DNA from: Candidatus Gottesmanbacteria bacterium
GTDB taxonomy: Bacteria; Patescibacteriota; Microgenomatia; UBA10105; UBA927
DNA: 64,000 bases
Assembly: GCA_963714095.1 (NCBI GenBank)
Contig: OY970230.1
Coordinates: 388,740-452,739, forward strand
Reading direction: 5' to 3'
The translations under genes were made by a program, and so were the position numbers. Under the pieces are notes generated by a model, which was not told the DNA's origin, did not search any database, and saw only the letters and a list, made by a program, of their open reading frames with translations. This document shows positions 61,467-64,000 of the stretch, piece by piece (within the stretch, counting starts at the first letter, position 1; the number at the start of each line of letters is the position of its first letter).

Positions 61467-62501
61467 TTATTCTAGCTCCAAATTTTTTATCGGTGGGAGC
61501 GCCGGGCCGGCGGCACCCTGGATTTGGCCGTAGATTCCGGAAACGCCGGAAAGTAACCGGTGTACCTGCGCTTCACGGAGTTTCCATGATTTTTCAAACG
61601 CCACACGCTCACGGGTTATTTGTTCTAGCATCGACGTGTACACTTCAACCATGGATTCAACCTGCTGTGCAAATTCGTGGCTAGTGACGTATCCATAAAT
61701 CTGTTCTGCTTTTGTCTGCCGGTTATCGGATACAAACTTCTGATATGCCGCATCAATCAAGCTTTTGCGCAGAAGCATCGCAAGCGGGATAAATAATTTC
61801 GGCGAACATACCCACACGCCATCTTTTAACCCCATACCAGTTTTTGCTTCTTCCGGCAGCGTCTCGGAAACTATCGCTGGAATATTAGCTTTATCATTTC
61901 GCATATCTTCTTTTAATTTTGCAATCCACGAGTCGCTCCATGCTTTGGTTCGCTTGGATTCCCAAAGAATAGACCCACAGGTTTTTCCGCCCGGACTTTT
62001 TACCACTTGCCGGATATCCGCGCCCAATACCCCTTTTCCAATCGGCTCGACGGAATCACTGGAAAATGTAACACGAAGTGTTTGTTCCAAATCCAGTTCC
62101 TGCACTTCCCCTTGCAACTGCTGTGAACCTTGCGTCGCTTTCCGCTGCGCATCCTCAAGAGATTTTTTTAAATCATCAATCATTTTGTCTTTTTCTTTTT
62201 CTTTCAACCGCTGCTGCTCAAGGATGGTTTCTTCCGCGGACTTACGGATTTTTTCCCGTTCCGAATCCAACTGTCGCTGTTTATCTAATTCAAATGTACG
62301 CTTCTCTTCATCTAACAAATTTTTTTGTTTCCGGATTGTGAGTTCTGCTTCTTCAGCTTTTTCCAACCGTTGTTTCATTTCCACCAATTCTTTTTCATAT
62401 TTCTTCTTTTCACCCGCAAGTAAATCTTCCTCAATTTGATGCGTTAAGGCATCCGTCAGTTCAAATGATTTATGACAATGCGGACACGTGATGGTGTTCA
62501 T
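61467..62501 (-). CDS. DUF2130-like protein (N-terminal CxxC zinc ribbon, long K/E coiled coil, C-terminal globular domain)
   Basis: MNTITCPHCHKSFELTDAL... The architecture resembles DUF2130 by recollection. Confidence 0.55.
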   Translation of the reverse strand: MNTITCPHCHKSFELTDALTHQIEEDLLAGEKKKYEKELVEMKQRLEKAEEAELTIRKQKNLLDEEKRTFELDKQRQLDSEREKIRKSAEETILEQQRLKEKEKDKMIDDLKKSLEDAQRKATQGSQQLQGEVQELDLEQTLRVTFSSDSVEPIGKGVLGADIRQVVKSPGGKTCGSILWESKRTKAWSDSWIAKLKEDMRNDKANIPAIVSETLPEEAKTGMGLKDGVWVCSPKLFIPLAMLLRKSLIDAAYQKFVSDNRQTKAEQIYGYVTSHEFAQQVESMVEVYTSMLEQITRERVAFEKSWKLREAQVHRLLSGVSGIYGQIQGAAGPALPPIKNLELE

Positions 62502-63325
62502 ATATTTATATAGATATCCTGATTATATCCCCCGACGCCGACAAATTTTGCTTTTCCATTCACAATATTTTCCAAAGGCCTGCACACGCGGCATCCGTCT
62601 TTTTGCTTGCAGACGAAACGATCAAGTTTCCGGGCCAAGACAATCATTTTTGCAAGTTCCATCACGCGGCGGGTTGCATCTTCTCCGGTCGGAAGTGATA
62701 CGGCCGTAGGAACGTCATCGCGGTCGAGATACCAGTAGCTTGCGCCGGCGATTGCTTTTGTCTGACAATGCGCGGCAAGCAGTAAATAAATGGGCAATTG
62801 TAATGAGTCTTCATCCTCATCAAACTTGCCGGTTTTAAAATCTACAATGCGCACCGAATCGGAGTCCGGCACATACTCAAGCCAGTCAATTTTGCCGCAT
62901 AAAATAATGTTGTCATCCTCCGAAAGCCAGTAATACGGAAGTTCCTGACGGATTTTGATGGCCTTGGCGGCAAGCGGCCCGGGATTTATCATAACCCGTG
63001 CAATCATTTTTGCTCCGCGGTCTTTAAACTTCTTTTCCTCTTCCTTATCATGAAATCCACCGCGTTCTCCTTCCACCCTTTTCCATTTTTCCTCATATAG
63101 ATCTAAGAGTTTATCTAAATGACGATCCTCCACCGGCACAGTGGAGAGAGTTTCCAGTACTTCATGCACCACCTGCCCCAGTGCCAGCGGCGGCTCCATG
63201 AGCATCACTTTATGATTTGTTTTCGGGTCGCGGTAAATATTTTTTATAAAGTACGCACGCGGGCATTTGAGGTAATCCCCGATCGAACTATGTGACACCC
63301 ACACGGCCGAATATTTATCTTTCAT
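62498..63325 (-). CDS. PD-(D/E)xK nuclease, Cas4/RecB-like, with 4 Cys (probable Fe-S cluster)
   Basis: IDWLEY...VDFKTGK...QLPIYLL motifs. N-terminal Cys (YLKCPRAYF) and C-terminal CKQKDGCRVC. Overlaps the upstream gene by 4 nt. Confidence 0.6.
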   Translation of the reverse strand: MKDKYSAVWVSHSSIGDYLKCPRAYFIKNIYRDPKTNHKVMLMEPPLALGQVVHEVLETLSTVPVEDRHLDKLLDLYEEKWKRVEGERGGFHDKEEEKKFKDRGAKMIARVMINPGPLAAKAIKIRQELPYYWLSEDDNIILCGKIDWLEYVPDSDSVRIVDFKTGKFDEDEDSLQLPIYLLLAAHCQTKAIAGASYWYLDRDDVPTAVSLPTGEDATRRVMELAKMIVLARKLDRFVCKQKDGCRVCRPLENIVNGKAKFVGVGGYNQDIYINI

Positions 63326-63349
63326 AAACGTACCCAGTATAATACAACC

Positions 63350-64000
63350 ATGGTCCGAAAAGTTCCATCATACGAAATAAAAACGCCGGCAAACCCGTTT
63401 TGTACGTACGGATGGGTGGGTATTTGGCATAAAACGATTGGCAGAGATTGGGATCCATATATATTAAACGTCAATGATGAAGTGATCGCACCATTTGCTC
63501 GAAAAAATAATGAACTAATATTTGCCGGGGGGGGTGAGGTGGCGGACTATCTGGATATTATCGGCACTGATGAGGCGAAAATACGTGTGTGGCCGGAAAT
63601 AATTGAATATCTAAAAACTGATGGCGTTACCTCTGTTCACTTAAATAATATTCCGCAGAATTCTTCTACTCTTTCTTTTTTTAAATCGTATGAAAAAGAA
63701 GATACTACGCCGATGATGACTCTCCCCAACACATGGGATGAATATTTGAAAACTCTCAATAAAAAATCCCGCCACGAAATGGAACGGAAAATCCGTAAAT
63801 TTGAGCGGGAGCAAGAAAATATAAAGATCTATGACAGTGCCGATCCTGTCGCAGATACAGAATTATTTTTGAGGCTTATGAAACTCGACGAACGCAAAAA
63901 ACGTTTTTTAACACTTGATATGGAATCGTTTTTTGAAAAAATAATTGTGGCGTTTCAAAAAACTATTGTATTAACTATATTAACCATCTCCGGTAAACCC
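63350..64000 (+). CDS. GNAT/FemAB-like (Acetyltransf_6, CelD-like) protein, 5' partial (continues past the window end)
   Basis: ATG at 63350 with the reading frame open to the window end (217 codons). ...TWDEYLKTLNKKSRHEMERKIRKF is the typical Acetyltransf_6 pattern. TATAAT 6 nt upstream. Confidence 0.5.
   Translation, partial: MVRKVPSYEIKTPANPFCTYGWVGIWHKTIGRDWDPYILNVNDEVIAPFARKNNELIFAGGGEVADYLDIIGTDEAKIRVWPEIIEYLKTDGVTSVHLNNIPQNSSTLSFFKSYEKEDTTPMMTLPNTWDEYLKTLNKKSRHEMERKIRKFEREQENIKIYDSADPVADTELFLRLMKLDERKKRFLTLDMESFFEKIIVAFQKTIVLTILTISGKP

Noticed and set aside
1-64000. CRISPR arrays, IS elements, rRNA genes
   Set aside because: No direct-repeat arrays, transposase or integrase ORFs, or rRNA-like sequence were seen.

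Overview
This 64-kb window is compact and overlap-rich, with about 47% GC and nearly all genes on the minus strand. It most likely comes from a Candidate Phyla Radiation (Patescibacteria) bacterium. The reasons are the absence of L30 (rpmD) between rpsE and rplO, an archaeal-type AspRS, many hypothetical envelope proteins, and 1-8 nt overlaps between genes.

The core is a continuous ribosomal super-operon on the minus strand: rpoB-rpoC-rpsL-rpsG-[4-kb insertion]-fusA-tuf-rpsJ-rplCDWB-rpsS-rplV-rpsC-rplP-rpmC-rpsQ-rplNXE-rpsZ-rpsH-rplFR-rpsE-rplO-secY-adk-[UPF0200-like kinase]-map-infA-rpmJ-rpsMKD-rpoA-rplQ-rplM-rpsI.

Other confident calls:
- Housekeeping genes greA (3' end), mutY-like, era, gltX, recJ, cca, secDF, miaAB, hup, rny, recX, recA and an ABC-2 exporter.
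- An AspRS carrying a C-terminal YbaK-type deacylase domain.
- A bacterial type-A RNase P RNA at about 17170..17505 and a tRNA-Pro(GGG) at 27237..27313.
- Several rho-independent terminators.

Three things stand out:
1. Many genes have a -10 box (TAnAAT) 6-7 nt before the ATG and no Shine-Dalgarno (SD) sequence, which suggests leaderless mRNAs.
2. Terminator hairpins sit directly before fusA and rplC, and other hairpins sequester the SD.
3. Unusual domain fusions: AspRS-YbaK, CcdA-thioredoxin, CvpA-CAP, wHTH-nucleotidyltransferase, and L24 with a zinc ribbon. There are also a UPF0200-like kinase in the spc block, and a DUF2130 / Cas4-like nuclease pair beside AT-rich genes for small secreted proteins.

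No CRISPR arrays, rRNA genes or mobile elements were found.
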